The notes under the pieces are model-generated. The model saw nothing but the letters and a program-made list of their open reading frames with translations. It ran no database searches and was not told where the DNA came from. A program made the position numbers and the translations under genes. From Reclinomonas americana ATCC 50394 (Eukaryota): a DNA stretch of 64,000 nt. Positions 30,020-40,645 of the stretch are shown one piece after another. Position 1 is the stretch's first letter. Each line of letters begins with the position of its first letter. The DNA lies in NCBI GenBank assembly GCA_048213135.1, contig PS015010.1, positions 930,001 through 994,000 on the forward strand, read 5' to 3'.

Positions 30020-31405
30020 ATGAGCAACAATACCATAACAGACATACGTTCAGTCAACCATATCTTCTTCATTGGCATTGCCGGAGTAGGCATGAGCGCC
30101 ATTGCGCAATACCTTGCCGGTACAGGAAAACAGGTGAGCGGTAGTGACCGGTATTTCAAACCCGGGGAATACAATGAAACCCGCACTAAACTGGAAACGG
30201 AGGGCATTCTCTGTTTTGAACAGAACGGCGAAGGCATCACCGGTGCAACAGAACTGGTGGTGGTATCCACCGCTATTGAAGATACTGTACCCGAAGTGCA
30301 GAAAGCCCGCCAGCTTAATATACCCATCCTGAAAAGAAGTGAAGTGCTGGCATTGATCGCGGCCACTAAAAAAACGATCGCCGTAGGAGGGACTTCCGGA
30401 AAGAGTACCACCAGCGCCATGCTGTTTGATATTCTGCAGCACGCGGGTCTGCAGCCCGGTATTATCAGCGGCGCAGGACTCACCAGCATCATCAGGGAAG
30501 GAAAGATCGGCAACGCGAAAGTAGGCAATGGTGACTGGCTGGTGATTGAGGCCGATGAAAGTGATGGCTCCATTGTTCAGTACCGCCCCGAAGTGGGACT
30601 GCTGCTGAATGTAGACAAGGATCACCAGGAGATAGATGAACTGATGAGTATATTCACAACGTTTAAAAATAACAGCCGTCATTTTATCGCTAACCAGTCC
30701 AACACTTTATCGGCACAATTATCTGCCGGTGCGGCGAATGATTTTTCAACTGATGAACATGAAGCATGTTGCAGGGCATCCGGTTTTGAGCAGGATGGTT
30801 TCCGCATCCGTTTTTTAGTGAATGATGTTCCGTTCCGGCTCAATGCCATCGGGCGCCACAGCATGGAGAACGCTACCGCCGCGGCTGCTGTCGCCTTGTA
30901 TGCTGGTGTGCCGCTTGCCGTTAGCGCGGAAGCATTATCAACTTATGAAGGTATTTACCGCCGTCACCAGGTACTCGGGCAAAAGAACGGTGTATGGCTG
31001 ATTGATGATTATGCCCACAACCCGGTAAAATGTGCCAAAAGTATTGAGGCCTGCCAGCCGGTAGCGGATAAAGTAGTGGCCTGGTTCCAGCCCCATGGTT
31101 ACGGGCCTACCCGTTTTTTGCGCAACGATTTTGTAAAAGAGATAGCGGCTGTATTAAGACCGCAGGACGAAATATGGATGAGCGAGATCTTCTATGCCGG
31201 TGGCACCGCGGTTAAAGACATTTCAGCCAACGACCTCATCAGCGATCTGAAGCAACTTGGTGTGCAGGCCTTTTTTGTTGCTGATAGGAACGAACTGGTC
31301 CATACCATAAAACCACACCTTACCCAAAACAGTGTACTGCTGCTGATGGGTGCACGCGACCCATCGCTGGAGCAGTTTGGCAAACAGGTATGGGAACAAT
31401 TATAA
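30020..31405 (+). CDS. Mur ligase, MurC/Mpl-like paralogue
   Basis: GIAGVGMS, GTSGKSTT, EADESDG, DDYAHNP, FQPH; not in a dcw cluster. Confidence 0.88.
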   Translation: MSNNTITDIRSVNHIFFIGIAGVGMSAIAQYLAGTGKQVSGSDRYFKPGEYNETRTKLETEGILCFEQNGEGITGATELVVVSTAIEDTVPEVQKARQLNIPILKRSEVLALIAATKKTIAVGGTSGKSTTSAMLFDILQHAGLQPGIISGAGLTSIIREGKIGNAKVGNGDWLVIEADESDGSIVQYRPEVGLLLNVDKDHQEIDELMSIFTTFKNNSRHFIANQSNTLSAQLSAGAANDFSTDEHEACCRASGFEQDGFRIRFLVNDVPFRLNAIGRHSMENATAAAAVALYAGVPLAVSAEALSTYEGIYRRHQVLGQKNGVWLIDDYAHNPVKCAKSIEACQPVADKVVAWFQPHGYGPTRFLRNDFVKEIAAVLRPQDEIWMSEIFYAGGTAVKDISANDLISDLKQLGVQAFFVADRNELVHTIKPHLTQNSVLLLMGARDPSLEQFGKQVWEQL

Positions 31406-31417
31406 ACAGGCAAAAAC

Positions 31418-32659
31418 ATGACGACACTTTTCATCAACATACAACAGCTTTACGGCACACGTGAAAATAACCAGTTACTTCGGGGTGAGGCATTATCCGT
31501 ATTGCCTTCTGTTACCGATGCCTTCCTGCTGGTGGAAGACGGTACCATCGCCGCATATGGGGCTATGTTTGAGCTGGAAGAACAGGTGCCGAAACTACCG
31601 CCGGTAGTGATTGATCTGCATGGTCAGTCCGTATTGCCCGCTTGGTGCGACAGTCATACGCATATCGTATTCGCTAAAAGCAGGGAAGAGGAATTCATTG
31701 ATAAGATCAAAGGCGCCAGTTATGCCGAAATTGCTGCCAAAGGCGGAGGTATACTGAATTCCGCCCGCAAACTTAATGCAGCCAGTGAAGACGAGCTTTT
31801 CAACGCCGCATGGCAACGGCTTCAGCGCCTGGCTAAAATGGGCACCGGCGCCATAGAGATAAAAAGTGGCTATGGGCTAACGACAGAAGGGGAGTTGAAA
31901 ATGCTGCGGGTGATCAAAAGACTGAAACAGCAATCTGATCTCGATATTAAAGCCACTTTCCTGGCGGCGCATACCTACCCGGAAGCCTTCCGGGATAACC
32001 ATGAAGGATACATCAGGCAGATCATTGATGAGATGCTTCCTGTTGTGGCTGCGGAACAACTGGCCGATTATATCGACGTGTTCTGCGAAACAGGTTTTTT
32101 CTCACCCGAAGAAATGGAGACCATCTGCAAAGCGGGTATGCGGTACGGACTTAAACCCAAACTGCATGTGAACCAGCTGAACAGTATTGGCGGTATCCGC
32201 AGTGCTGTCGGGCTTAACGCTTTATCGGTAGATCACCTGGAAACCATGCCCAGTGATGACCTGCAGCAGTTAGGTCAGTCCAATACCATCGGTACTTTAC
32301 TGCCCACCGCGGCATTCTTCCTGCGTATGGCTTACCAGCCCGCACGGCAACTGATCGAAAACAATTGCGCTATTGCTTTGGCTTCGGATTATAACCCCGG
32401 CTCATCGCCCAGTGGTAATATGAACCTGGTAGTGGCGCTGTCGTGTATACAAATGCGCATGCTTCCCGAAGAAGCCATCAACGCGGCCACTATCAATGGA
32501 GCTTATGCAATGGAATTGGAGAAAACACTGGGCAGTATTACTGTCGGTAAAAAAGCGAACCTCATCATTACACAGCCCATCCCATCGCTGGCCTACCTGC
32601 CATATGCTTTTGGCGATAACCTGATTGATAAGGTGATGATCAATGGTGTGATTATATAA
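31418..32659 (+). CDS. hutI: Imidazolonepropionase
   Basis: DSHTH, EIKSGYGL, DVFCE, SDYNPGSSP. Confidence 0.95.
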   Translation: MTTLFINIQQLYGTRENNQLLRGEALSVLPSVTDAFLLVEDGTIAAYGAMFELEEQVPKLPPVVIDLHGQSVLPAWCDSHTHIVFAKSREEEFIDKIKGASYAEIAAKGGGILNSARKLNAASEDELFNAAWQRLQRLAKMGTGAIEIKSGYGLTTEGELKMLRVIKRLKQQSDLDIKATFLAAHTYPEAFRDNHEGYIRQIIDEMLPVVAAEQLADYIDVFCETGFFSPEEMETICKAGMRYGLKPKLHVNQLNSIGGIRSAVGLNALSVDHLETMPSDDLQQLGQSNTIGTLLPTAAFFLRMAYQPARQLIENNCAIALASDYNPGSSPSGNMNLVVALSCIQMRMLPEEAINAATINGAYAMELEKTLGSITVGKKANLIITQPIPSLAYLPYAFGDNLIDKVMINGVII

Positions 32660-32670
32660 TTACGAATGAG

Positions 32671-32830
32671 CAATTACGTATTACGAATCTTATCCTGAGC
32701 GCAGCGAAGGGTCTCTCTGTGTATCCCGTATCCGCATATTCGCACCTCCACCCATTTGCATATCTGCACATTCTTCCAATTCGCACATCCGCATATCCGC
32801 ACATTTCCAAATCAACTCATCTTCAAATTG
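32671..32830 (+). repeat. REP-like intergenic element, copy 3
   Basis: CAATTACGTATTACGAATCTTATCCTGAGCGCAGCGAAGG plus CGCACAT-rich tail. Confidence 0.65.
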
Positions 32831-32866
32831 TCTTATACCTGCTATCTTTGCGCAAATTCACCGCAT

Positions 32867-34543
32867 ATGCAGCAACTCATCGAATGTGTTCCTAATTTTT
32901 CTGAAGGCAACGACATGGGGATCATCAACCAGATAACCGCCGAAATCGATAATACGGAAGGCGTGCGTTTATTGAATGTAGATCCGGGGAAAGCCACCAA
33001 TCGTACTGTAGTCACTTTTGTTGGTACGCCGGAAGCGGTTGTGGAAGCGGCTTTCAAAGCCATCAGGAAGGCGGGTGAATTGATAGACATGAGTAAGCAC
33101 AAAGGCGAACACCCCAGGATGGGCGCTACCGATGTATGCCCGCTGATACCCATTGCCAACATCAGCATGGAAGAAACAGCCCGCTATGCACAGCAACTTG
33201 CGAAAAGGGTGGGAGAAGAATTATCAGTACCCGTTTACCTGTATGAAGAAGCGCAACCCGATAAGGAAAGGAGTAATCTCTCCGTGATCAGGGCGGGGGA
33301 ATATGAAGGATTTTTTAAAAAGATACAGGAACCGCAATGGAAACCGGATTTTGGTCCCGCAGTATTTGATGCCAAACGGGGCGGCACTGTTATCGGCGCC
33401 CGTGATTTTCTCGTGGCCTATAACGTCAACCTTAATACCACCAGTACCCGCAGGGCTAATGCCATCGCCTTTGATGTAAGGGAAGCGGGAAGGGTGAAAA
33501 AAGAGAACGGCAAACCCGTTAAAGATGCCGATGGCAACAATGTGGTTATCCCCGGCAGCCTGAAATATGTAAAAGCCATTGGCTGGTATATTGAAGAATA
33601 TGGTATTGCGCAGATATCCATCAACCTCACCAACATCGGCAAAACACCCGTTCATATTGCTTTTGATGAAGTATGCCGCAAGGCGGATGCCAGGGGCATA
33701 AGGGTAACAGGCAGTGAACTGGTGGGACTGATACCGCTCAAAGCCATGCTCGACGCGGGAGAATATTTCCTGCGCAAGCAGCAACGTTCCGTGGGTGTGT
33801 CGGAAGAAGAATTGATCCGCATTGCCATTAAATCAATGGGACTGGATGAACTGGGGCCTTTCAAACCGGAAGAACGCATCATCGAGTATATGCTGGCGAA
33901 TGCTGCTGACAGTGAACTGGTGCGTATGCAACTGGATGCGTTCGCCAATGAAACGGCAAGTGAAAGCCCGGCGCCCGGCGGAGGTTCCATCGCCGCTTAT
34001 GTAGGCGCACTGGGTGCTTCACTGGCAACCATGGTCGCCAATCTTTCTTCACATAAACCCGGCTGGGACGAACGCTGGGAAGAGTTCAGCGATTGGGCGG
34101 CCAAAGGGCAGCATTACAAAGCGGAGCTGGTGAAACTGGTGGATGCCGATACCCGTGCTTTCAATAAGATCATGGATGCATTTGGATTGCCAAAAACTAC
34201 TGACGAAGAAAAAGCCGCAAGAAGCAAGGCCATACAGGACGCAACGAAATACGCCATAGAAATACCTTTCAAAGTAATGGAAACGACCGCTGCCGCTATG
34301 GAGCTGGTAAAAGCAATGGCGGAAACTGGTAATCCCAATTCCGTGTCCGACGCCGGAGTAGGCGCTCTTTGCATACGCAGTGCGGTAATGGGCGCCTTTA
34401 TGAATGTACGCATCAACGCGGCGTCTTACAGCGACAAAACATATGTTGCAGACATCGTTGCCAAAGGCAAGGCCATTGAAGACCGGGTGATCGCTGAAGA
34501 AGCGGCCATACTCGCTGTCGTTAATGAAAAGATTGGTTTATGA
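32867..34543 (+). CDS. ftcD: Glutamate formimidoyltransferase / cyclodeaminase (bifunctional)
   Basis: ECVPNFSEG, HPRMGATDV, APGGGS cyclodeaminase domain; TATCTTTG promoter element at 32843. Confidence 0.95.
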   Translation: MQQLIECVPNFSEGNDMGIINQITAEIDNTEGVRLLNVDPGKATNRTVVTFVGTPEAVVEAAFKAIRKAGELIDMSKHKGEHPRMGATDVCPLIPIANISMEETARYAQQLAKRVGEELSVPVYLYEEAQPDKERSNLSVIRAGEYEGFFKKIQEPQWKPDFGPAVFDAKRGGTVIGARDFLVAYNVNLNTTSTRRANAIAFDVREAGRVKKENGKPVKDADGNNVVIPGSLKYVKAIGWYIEEYGIAQISINLTNIGKTPVHIAFDEVCRKADARGIRVTGSELVGLIPLKAMLDAGEYFLRKQQRSVGVSEEELIRIAIKSMGLDELGPFKPEERIIEYMLANAADSELVRMQLDAFANETASESPAPGGGSIAAYVGALGASLATMVANLSSHKPGWDERWEEFSDWAAKGQHYKAELVKLVDADTRAFNKIMDAFGLPKTTDEEKAARSKAIQDATKYAIEIPFKVMETTAAAMELVKAMAETGNPNSVSDAGVGALCIRSAVMGAFMNVRINAASYSDKTYVADIVAKGKAIEDRVIAEEAAILAVVNEKIGL

Positions 34544-35569
34544 TCAATCCGGTTTATACTCGAAAATAAGCACAGCGTTCTCCGACAGGCTGGAACTGGC
34601 AAACAGTTCGTACCGCTTTTCACCGGCTGTAACAACAATGAGTGCTGTATTGGGTGGTATGCTGCCGAGGTTTTCCGCATACATGATCAACTCATGTTTC
34701 GTCCTGCTCTCATCCAGCTCAATGGTTAACTCAATGGGCAGAACGGATAAACCTTTCTTGTTGACCAATAATTTGCCATCGTAATAAATGCTCACGGTAT
34801 CACCGTCTACCGTAGCATTGTCGTATACTTTCAGGCTGATCGTTTTTGTATTGACCGTTAGCGTACGTATGGCTTTGTTGGTACGTTCCGTCACTTTCAA
34901 AGGTGGTTTTACAACGGCAACAGTATCCTTTTTTACAACAGGAGGGAGTACAACTGCAGGACTGTCTTTTTTTACAACCGGTGGTTTGACCACAACGGGG
35001 GCAGGTTTTTTAGCAGTATCCTTTACTATGGGCTCGGGTCTTGCCGGCTGAACGGGCGGTTTCTTATTGGGTGCAAGATCCCTTGGATCAGGAGCATTAT
35101 TGTTTTTTACCGGCTCTTCCTCCGGGCAGGGATCTTTACCATCGGGTAATTTGGTGGGCCGCGATGATACTTTTTTCAATGTAAGCGGCGTGCCCATTCC
35201 AAAGGAAAGGACATTGAGAAAGCCCTTGGGATACTGCATTCCCTGCAGTGTATTGTCTTCCATGTCATCACGCCACAGGCGTAAACGCATTAATATATGC
35301 GAGCCGCTGTTTTGTATAAATGCAGAACCTGCTATGCGCCATTCATCTTTTTCTTTATTATACTTACCGGTAAAATAAGCACGGCAGAAACTCTTTTTAT
35401 CGCCGAGTTCATAATCATACGTGTAGCCACAAAGATCATTACCCTTGTGAACGATATTCACCTGTATGAATTCGCTGCCCATAATGCCTTCCCAGGTGCC
35501 GGTAAGATTTTGAGAACGGGTACTGGAAAACAAAAGAAGATAAGATGCCAGCAGGTAGATACGTCGCAT
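34544..35569 (-). CDS. Secreted hypothetical protein with Pro/Val-rich linker
   Basis: Signal peptide; YDNATVDGDTVS, AENLGSIPPNTA. Confidence 0.8.
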   Translation of the reverse strand: MRRIYLLASYLLLFSSTRSQNLTGTWEGIMGSEFIQVNIVHKGNDLCGYTYDYELGDKKSFCRAYFTGKYNKEKDEWRIAGSAFIQNSGSHILMRLRLWRDDMEDNTLQGMQYPKGFLNVLSFGMGTPLTLKKVSSRPTKLPDGKDPCPEEEPVKNNNAPDPRDLAPNKKPPVQPARPEPIVKDTAKKPAPVVVKPPVVKKDSPAVVLPPVVKKDTVAVVKPPLKVTERTNKAIRTLTVNTKTISLKVYDNATVDGDTVSIYYDGKLLVNKKGLSVLPIELTIELDESRTKHELIMYAENLGSIPPNTALIVVTAGEKRYELFASSSLSENAVLIFEYKPD

Positions 35570-35854
35570 AATATCGAAGTTTAAGCTAATTTAATTGGTT
35601 TTTTGCCGCTTTACGAATCTATGTTCAGGGCAGACGGCATTTTAACAGCTCATTGGACAATTCTTTTAACACCGGGGAAGATTTTCCCATCAACCGGGGA
35701 AAAAAAGACGATGTTGATAACCTGTGCATAGCGGGTACGCTTGAAGCTGATTCAGCCGGCTGATTACCAATATGTTGAATTTTGGTTGTGCCGGTAACAT
35801 TAATTTAATATGCCCGGAATCATATTTGCTGTACTTTACTTCAAATGACTTTTT

Positions 35855-36055
35855 ATGAAGCAGGCCATGTTTACCGATGCCATTAACAGTTACGTAGATA
35901 CATTCGTTCTGATCGACGAAACCACCAAGGCAAAAATACGCCGCCACCTGAGTGATATCAACGATAAGATCACCGAAGAAGACCTGCAGAACATCCGCAC
36001 CAGTTTTCTGCCGCCTGCAGGCACAGTGCAGGAACAGGGTTATTCTCCCGCCTGA
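35855..36055 (+). CDS. Small hypothetical protein
   Basis: RRHLSDINDKITEEDLQNI; start uncertain. Confidence 0.55.
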   Translation: MKQAMFTDAINSYVDTFVLIDETTKAKIRRHLSDINDKITEEDLQNIRTSFLPPAGTVQEQGYSPA

Positions 36056-36146
36056 TCCTGTTTAAATTTCGCATATTCATTAACGTTAGTTTGTATTCCA
36101 CCCGGGAGAAAATCCGTATATTAGGATACTCAAATCATTTACCGGT

Positions 36147-36974
36147 ATGGAAGTTACATTGCTCACAAAAGAGCTGGCGGCCACGTTGATCAGGCACCGG
36201 CAACCGGAGAGTCATAAGGGTAACTACGGACACGCCCTGATCATCGCCGGAAATACAGGGCGGATGGGGGCCGCAGTGCTGGCGGCGATGTCTTGTGTCC
36301 GCACCGGCGCGGGGCTTACCTCCATTTATATTCCTTTTGACGAGCGTTCTATTCTTCAGACTGCTGTACCTGAGGCCATGCTGCTGTTCAGGGAAAGGGA
36401 ATGGCCTGAAGCAGGTTCGTTAACTGCTGCAGGCATTGGACCCGCACTGGGGCTGCAACCCGGGAATGAACAATTGCTGGAACAGGCATTGCAAACCTTT
36501 CGCTGCCCGCTGGTACTGGATGCGGATGCACTCACCCTGCTGTCGCGTCACCCATGGCTCCTGGAAAAAGTCCCTGCACAAACCATATTCACGCCACATC
36601 CTAAAGAATTTGACCGGCTTTTCGGGGAGTGCCGTTCTTCCGAACAACGAATGTCAAAAGCCATACAACTGGCCGCAGACCACAACTGGGTGATGGTACT
36701 GAAAGGCCATCAAACACTGGTGGCTTCCCGCGACGGTTGTACGCTGAATACCACGGGCAATGCCGGCCTGGCTAAGGGAGGTTCGGGAGATGTGCTTACG
36801 GGCATGATCACCGCGCTGCTTGCACAAGGATATTCATCTGTACACGCCGCGGCTGCAGGGGTTTACCTGCACGGGCTGGCAGCTGACCTGGCGCTGCAAT
36901 CACAATCGGAGGAAAGCCTGCTGGCAACAGATGTGATCGCCGCTATCGGCAGTGCGTATAAGGCGCTTCGTTAG
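36147..36974 (+). CDS. nnrD: ADP-dependent NAD(P)H-hydrate dehydratase
   Basis: HKGNYG, LDADAL, TPHPKEF, LAKGGSGDVL. Confidence 0.93.
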   Translation: MEVTLLTKELAATLIRHRQPESHKGNYGHALIIAGNTGRMGAAVLAAMSCVRTGAGLTSIYIPFDERSILQTAVPEAMLLFREREWPEAGSLTAAGIGPALGLQPGNEQLLEQALQTFRCPLVLDADALTLLSRHPWLLEKVPAQTIFTPHPKEFDRLFGECRSSEQRMSKAIQLAADHNWVMVLKGHQTLVASRDGCTLNTTGNAGLAKGGSGDVLTGMITALLAQGYSSVHAAAAGVYLHGLAADLALQSQSEESLLATDVIAAIGSAYKALR

Positions 36975-37006
36975 TGCCTGCCGTTTTACCAATTCTTTAC
37001 CGGCAT

Positions 37007-37043
37007 AAAAAATTTGGGGGGTAACAAATTCATGTTACCCCCC
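37007..37043 (-). terminator. Terminator of the 40307-37073 operon
   Basis: GGGGGGTAAC-loop-GTTACCCCCC with an A tract on the + strand. Confidence 0.6.
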
Positions 37044-37072
37044 TGGTTATTCTCTGCCTAGGAAAATACGGA

Positions 37073-37978
37073 TTACTGCCTGATCAGCCATTGTACGCCG
37101 CTGTTATTGTTCTTGTCAATAACAGTGAGCCTGTACGAACCACTGATGAGGTTCAGGTTAATCACCTGTGATGGTTTACTGATGATACCGGAAGCAAAGC
37201 GGGTTCTGCCAATAGCGTCAGTGAGGGTATATGTGGCCGGCAGTTTATCGCCCGGAACACTTACCTGTACTGTATTGGTGAAAACGGTTGGTGAAGCGGT
37301 GAAGAAGGTTTTAAGGCCTGTCAGTTTCACTGTTTTTTCGGCGCTCATTACGGTATTGCCTGATTTATCGGTAGCCAGAACACGGTAGGCAATTACAGGT
37401 TGGCTGGCATCGCCTTTTTCCCTGAAAGTATATCCCTGTGAACGGCCGCTGGCAGCTTCTGTTTCATAAACAGAAGTATAGCGGTTGTCGCCGGTACTTT
37501 TCTGCAGCGTAAAACGCCAGTCGCCATTCAGTGCGGAGGCATCCCAGGTAACGGTAATGTCATTGCCGATGGCAGCCACGTCGGGGCTTTTCAGTTCCAG
37601 GCTGGGAGCGGGGATCACCAGTATCTGTCCCTTACCTGCAACGCCTTTGGCATTCACACGATCGTGGTTAAGCGCGAAAGCAACCAGTGTTCCGCTTTTT
37701 ACGAGGAAATCGGCCCTGCCTTTTTCATCGGCTGTGGCATAAGCCACCACTTCGCCGCCTGCAGGTGTGCTGTAGAGTTCCACATCACTGAATGGAACAC
37801 AGTCACCAACGGTGTAGTGAACGCGGTTATCCAGGGAGTAATGGAGTACGGAAATAACAGGAGAGGGTTTCAGCCCGCAATCCGCACATCCCGGAACGGC
37901 TTTCTCCGACTGCGCCATGGCTGTAGCAGACCCAAGCAGGCCGGCTGATAGTATAAATAAACTGATTCTATTTTTCAT
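37073..37978 (-). CDS. Secreted protein with T9SS type A C-terminal sorting domain
   Basis: Signal peptide; Ig/fn3-like region; SPTVFTN...DAIGR...SGSYRLTV...LIRQ. Confidence 0.78.
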   Translation of the reverse strand: MKNRISLFILSAGLLGSATAMAQSEKAVPGCADCGLKPSPVISVLHYSLDNRVHYTVGDCVPFSDVELYSTPAGGEVVAYATADEKGRADFLVKSGTLVAFALNHDRVNAKGVAGKGQILVIPAPSLELKSPDVAAIGNDITVTWDASALNGDWRFTLQKSTGDNRYTSVYETEAASGRSQGYTFREKGDASQPVIAYRVLATDKSGNTVMSAEKTVKLTGLKTFFTASPTVFTNTVQVSVPGDKLPATYTLTDAIGRTRFASGIISKPSQVINLNLISGSYRLTVIDKNNNSGVQWLIRQ

Positions 37979-38000
37979 GATATAATAGTATTTAAGTGGA

Positions 38001-40307
38001 TTAATGCGCCATGTTTATAGGTTGGAAGAAAGCGATCTGTGCTATGCTCACTGAAATGAACGGAGAGCAGTTGGAGATCACCAGGTTGGAAAGATCCTGC
38101 GCCCTTCTTTGCAGGTCGTTAACACCATTTTTCCTCACTACGCCGGTACCAGGGTAGGTCCTGCCCGCAGCATCCCTTGCATAATAAAGTCCTGTAAGGG
38201 AAGCGTCGGTGGCATCTTCGGCAACAGAAACGGAATCATCGCCGAAAACGAAAGTGCTGCCTGTAAAGATCGCACCACGACCGGTAAGGAAAGGAGAGAT
38301 GTCGAACTTATGCTGTGAGCCACTCACCAGGATAGTTGGGGTTGCTGTCATAGCACTGTAGGGTGTGCCGATACCTTTATAATCCAGGTGGGTGAAATCG
38401 GTCTGAACATCCGCACTGTGACAACCTGTACAGGTGTTCAGTGAGAAGTTGAAACGGGCAACAGGATCGTTGATAAAGGTTGGGTTGCCAGCAACGCCTG
38501 AGCCGTTCCAGAAACCGGGAGCCACCAGTGGTGAAGTACTTTGATAGTTCACTTTGCCAGCCCTGAAGGCGATGGCGCCGATGCTCATAGGTACAGTACC
38601 CAATGTGTTCTGTGCAATGATATTAGCGGCATTGGTATTTACCCAGTTGGCCATTACGGTTACGTCAGCAGCCAGTCCGCCGTCGGCACCATTGAACTTA
38701 CCATTGGGTTCGTTGAAAGTGGTAGCGGGTTCCAGCAGTTTGGTAGTACCGTTGATGTGGAACTCCCTGAACTGCCAGCGGGGTGATTTGTCACCTGTTG
38801 TGGTAGTGGTATTGGTCAGGGCAATTTCATTGGTACGGAGCTGGTTCAGCGCATTCCTGTTGGGTTTGGCCGGAGCCCTGTTGGAGTCGGTTACCAGGTG
38901 GGTAAGGTTTTCAAGCGCTGTCAGGTAAGCGGCTGAGCCAAGTGTCATAGTGCTCAGGTTAACCCATTGCTGACCGAGGGCTTTTACCGCGTTACAATTG
39001 GTTTGTGTATTACCATATTCGAAGATCACGTTGAAACCATCGAAGCCACCGGAGCCGATAGAGTCGCGGCAGGCAGGAGCGCCGCTGATGGTATTCTGAA
39101 TTACGGAGAAGATAAAGCGGGTTTCACCAGCATTGCCGGTACCGCCGCCGTAACCAAAGTTACCACGCAGATCGAGCCTGTTCACGATAGCTTTCAATGT
39201 TAATGGCGCATAGCGCAGGATGCTGTCCTGGTGAGTGCCGTTCCACAATGCTTCCCAGTTGGCAGCTGTAACTACCAGGCCGGCATTGTGCTGGGCTTTC
39301 CTGAGCCAGCGGCTGATCACCATGCTCAGCATTTTACCCGCCCTGTTTTTGATCAGGTCGCCGTTAACGGTCTGGTCCACCATCCAGGTTTTTACCCATT
39401 GTTTGGTCAGTTCCTTAGCGGTCATACCGGTTACAGACTGGAAGGCGATGCCTTTCATTAAAGTACCGAATGTCCAGGCGCCGTTGGGGTTACCGCTGCC
39501 GAAAGTACCGTTGCAGGGGTTGAAAGTCCTGGCCGGGTCGTTCACCACCAGCGGGCTGATGATGAAGAGCGACCTGTTTTTGTCAATGAACGGGGGTGGA
39601 GGAGGTGGTGGCGGAGGACCATAACCCATGATGCGCCTTGCCATTTTACGCATTTCAATGAATGCGCCTTCACGGCCTGTAGGGTTGCCGGGTACGCTGG
39701 TACCACCATCATATTTGGGATCTTTTATTTCTTCTGTCTTTAAAGTAGCCCAGGTAGGATCTACATAAGGACGGAGATGGAAGATGTCCCTCGATAATTC
39801 AATCCTTTCAAATTTGTCGAAACGCTCACGGTCGAAGAGCGGGCGGTCTCTTTTAACCAGTTCACCAACCCTGCCTGTGAACACGTCGAGCATGTTCTCG
39901 TTCTTGCGCAGTGTTTCGTCAAATTCTGCCATTTGCTGAATAAACCCGGGAATGTCTTCTTTTACCAGTGCGCTGAAAATACCATCACCGGCTTTTTCGT
40001 CGCCGTGTTTTTCCACGTCGCCGTCGTCAAAGAATTCAGTTGGATTTTTTTCATCTGCAAAGAGGCGTACAGAGGTTTGCCTGATCGCATCCTGTGCATA
40101 ATGGATCTCGATGCCCATGTTTTCGCCGTTAGGGCCTTCTTTGTCAAGCTGACGGACCATAATGTCCTCAACTTTGGGAGGATCCTGCTCCCAGTTCTGT
40201 TCTTCTGGTGGCTGACCATCATCTCCAAACGACGTGAGGAAGATGATAAGTCCGGCAAGGGCACCTACCAGGATTAATTTTTTGTTTTTGTTGAAAAAAG
40301 TTTTCAT
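38001..40307 (-). CDS. Large exported protein with choice-of-anchor-X-like motif and a single CxxCH heme-binding motif
   Basis: N-terminal TM/signal; DDGDVEKHGDEKAGDGIFS; poly-Pro linker; CTGCH at 38418-38432. Confidence 0.75.
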   Translation of the reverse strand: MKTFFNKNKKLILVGALAGLIIFLTSFGDDGQPPEEQNWEQDPPKVEDIMVRQLDKEGPNGENMGIEIHYAQDAIRQTSVRLFADEKNPTEFFDDGDVEKHGDEKAGDGIFSALVKEDIPGFIQQMAEFDETLRKNENMLDVFTGRVGELVKRDRPLFDRERFDKFERIELSRDIFHLRPYVDPTWATLKTEEIKDPKYDGGTSVPGNPTGREGAFIEMRKMARRIMGYGPPPPPPPPPFIDKNRSLFIISPLVVNDPARTFNPCNGTFGSGNPNGAWTFGTLMKGIAFQSVTGMTAKELTKQWVKTWMVDQTVNGDLIKNRAGKMLSMVISRWLRKAQHNAGLVVTAANWEALWNGTHQDSILRYAPLTLKAIVNRLDLRGNFGYGGGTGNAGETRFIFSVIQNTISGAPACRDSIGSGGFDGFNVIFEYGNTQTNCNAVKALGQQWVNLSTMTLGSAAYLTALENLTHLVTDSNRAPAKPNRNALNQLRTNEIALTNTTTTTGDKSPRWQFREFHINGTTKLLEPATTFNEPNGKFNGADGGLAADVTVMANWVNTNAANIIAQNTLGTVPMSIGAIAFRAGKVNYQSTSPLVAPGFWNGSGVAGNPTFINDPVARFNFSLNTCTGCHSADVQTDFTHLDYKGIGTPYSAMTATPTILVSGSQHKFDISPFLTGRGAIFTGSTFVFGDDSVSVAEDATDASLTGLYYARDAAGRTYPGTGVVRKNGVNDLQRRAQDLSNLVISNCSPFISVSIAQIAFFQPINMAH

Positions 40308-40436
40308 ACCAGATTTTTATGGGGTTGACAATGTTTCGGTGAAGGTTGGGATATTTAAAAAAAAATGGCAAGCGTTCTTCACTCCCGATTGTCATGGTTT
40401 TATCACAGAGGTAAATAAAAAAAACACCATTTTCAC

Positions 40437-40575
40437 ACCGTTTTTTAACGGTATGGCGATGTTTTTCAACGGTAAGGCAATTATAAATTGGACATTTAAT
40501 TAAATGATTATCAATTTATTGTGTCGATTTGTCGAAAATGTTTATATCGAATAATCACTACCGTTTTTTAACGGC
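40437..40575. promoter_or_regulatory. Three ACCGTT-N4-AACGGT-type palindromic operators
   Basis: ACCGTTTTTTAACGGT 40437-40452, GATGTTTTTCAACGGT 40458-40473, ACCGTTTTTTAACGGC 40560-40575. Confidence 0.6.
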
Positions 40576-40645
40576 ACCAAACCCCTTACCCAGGAGGCTT
40601 TATTCTGATAGTTTTGCCCTATTCATCACTCTAAATCTTTATTAA

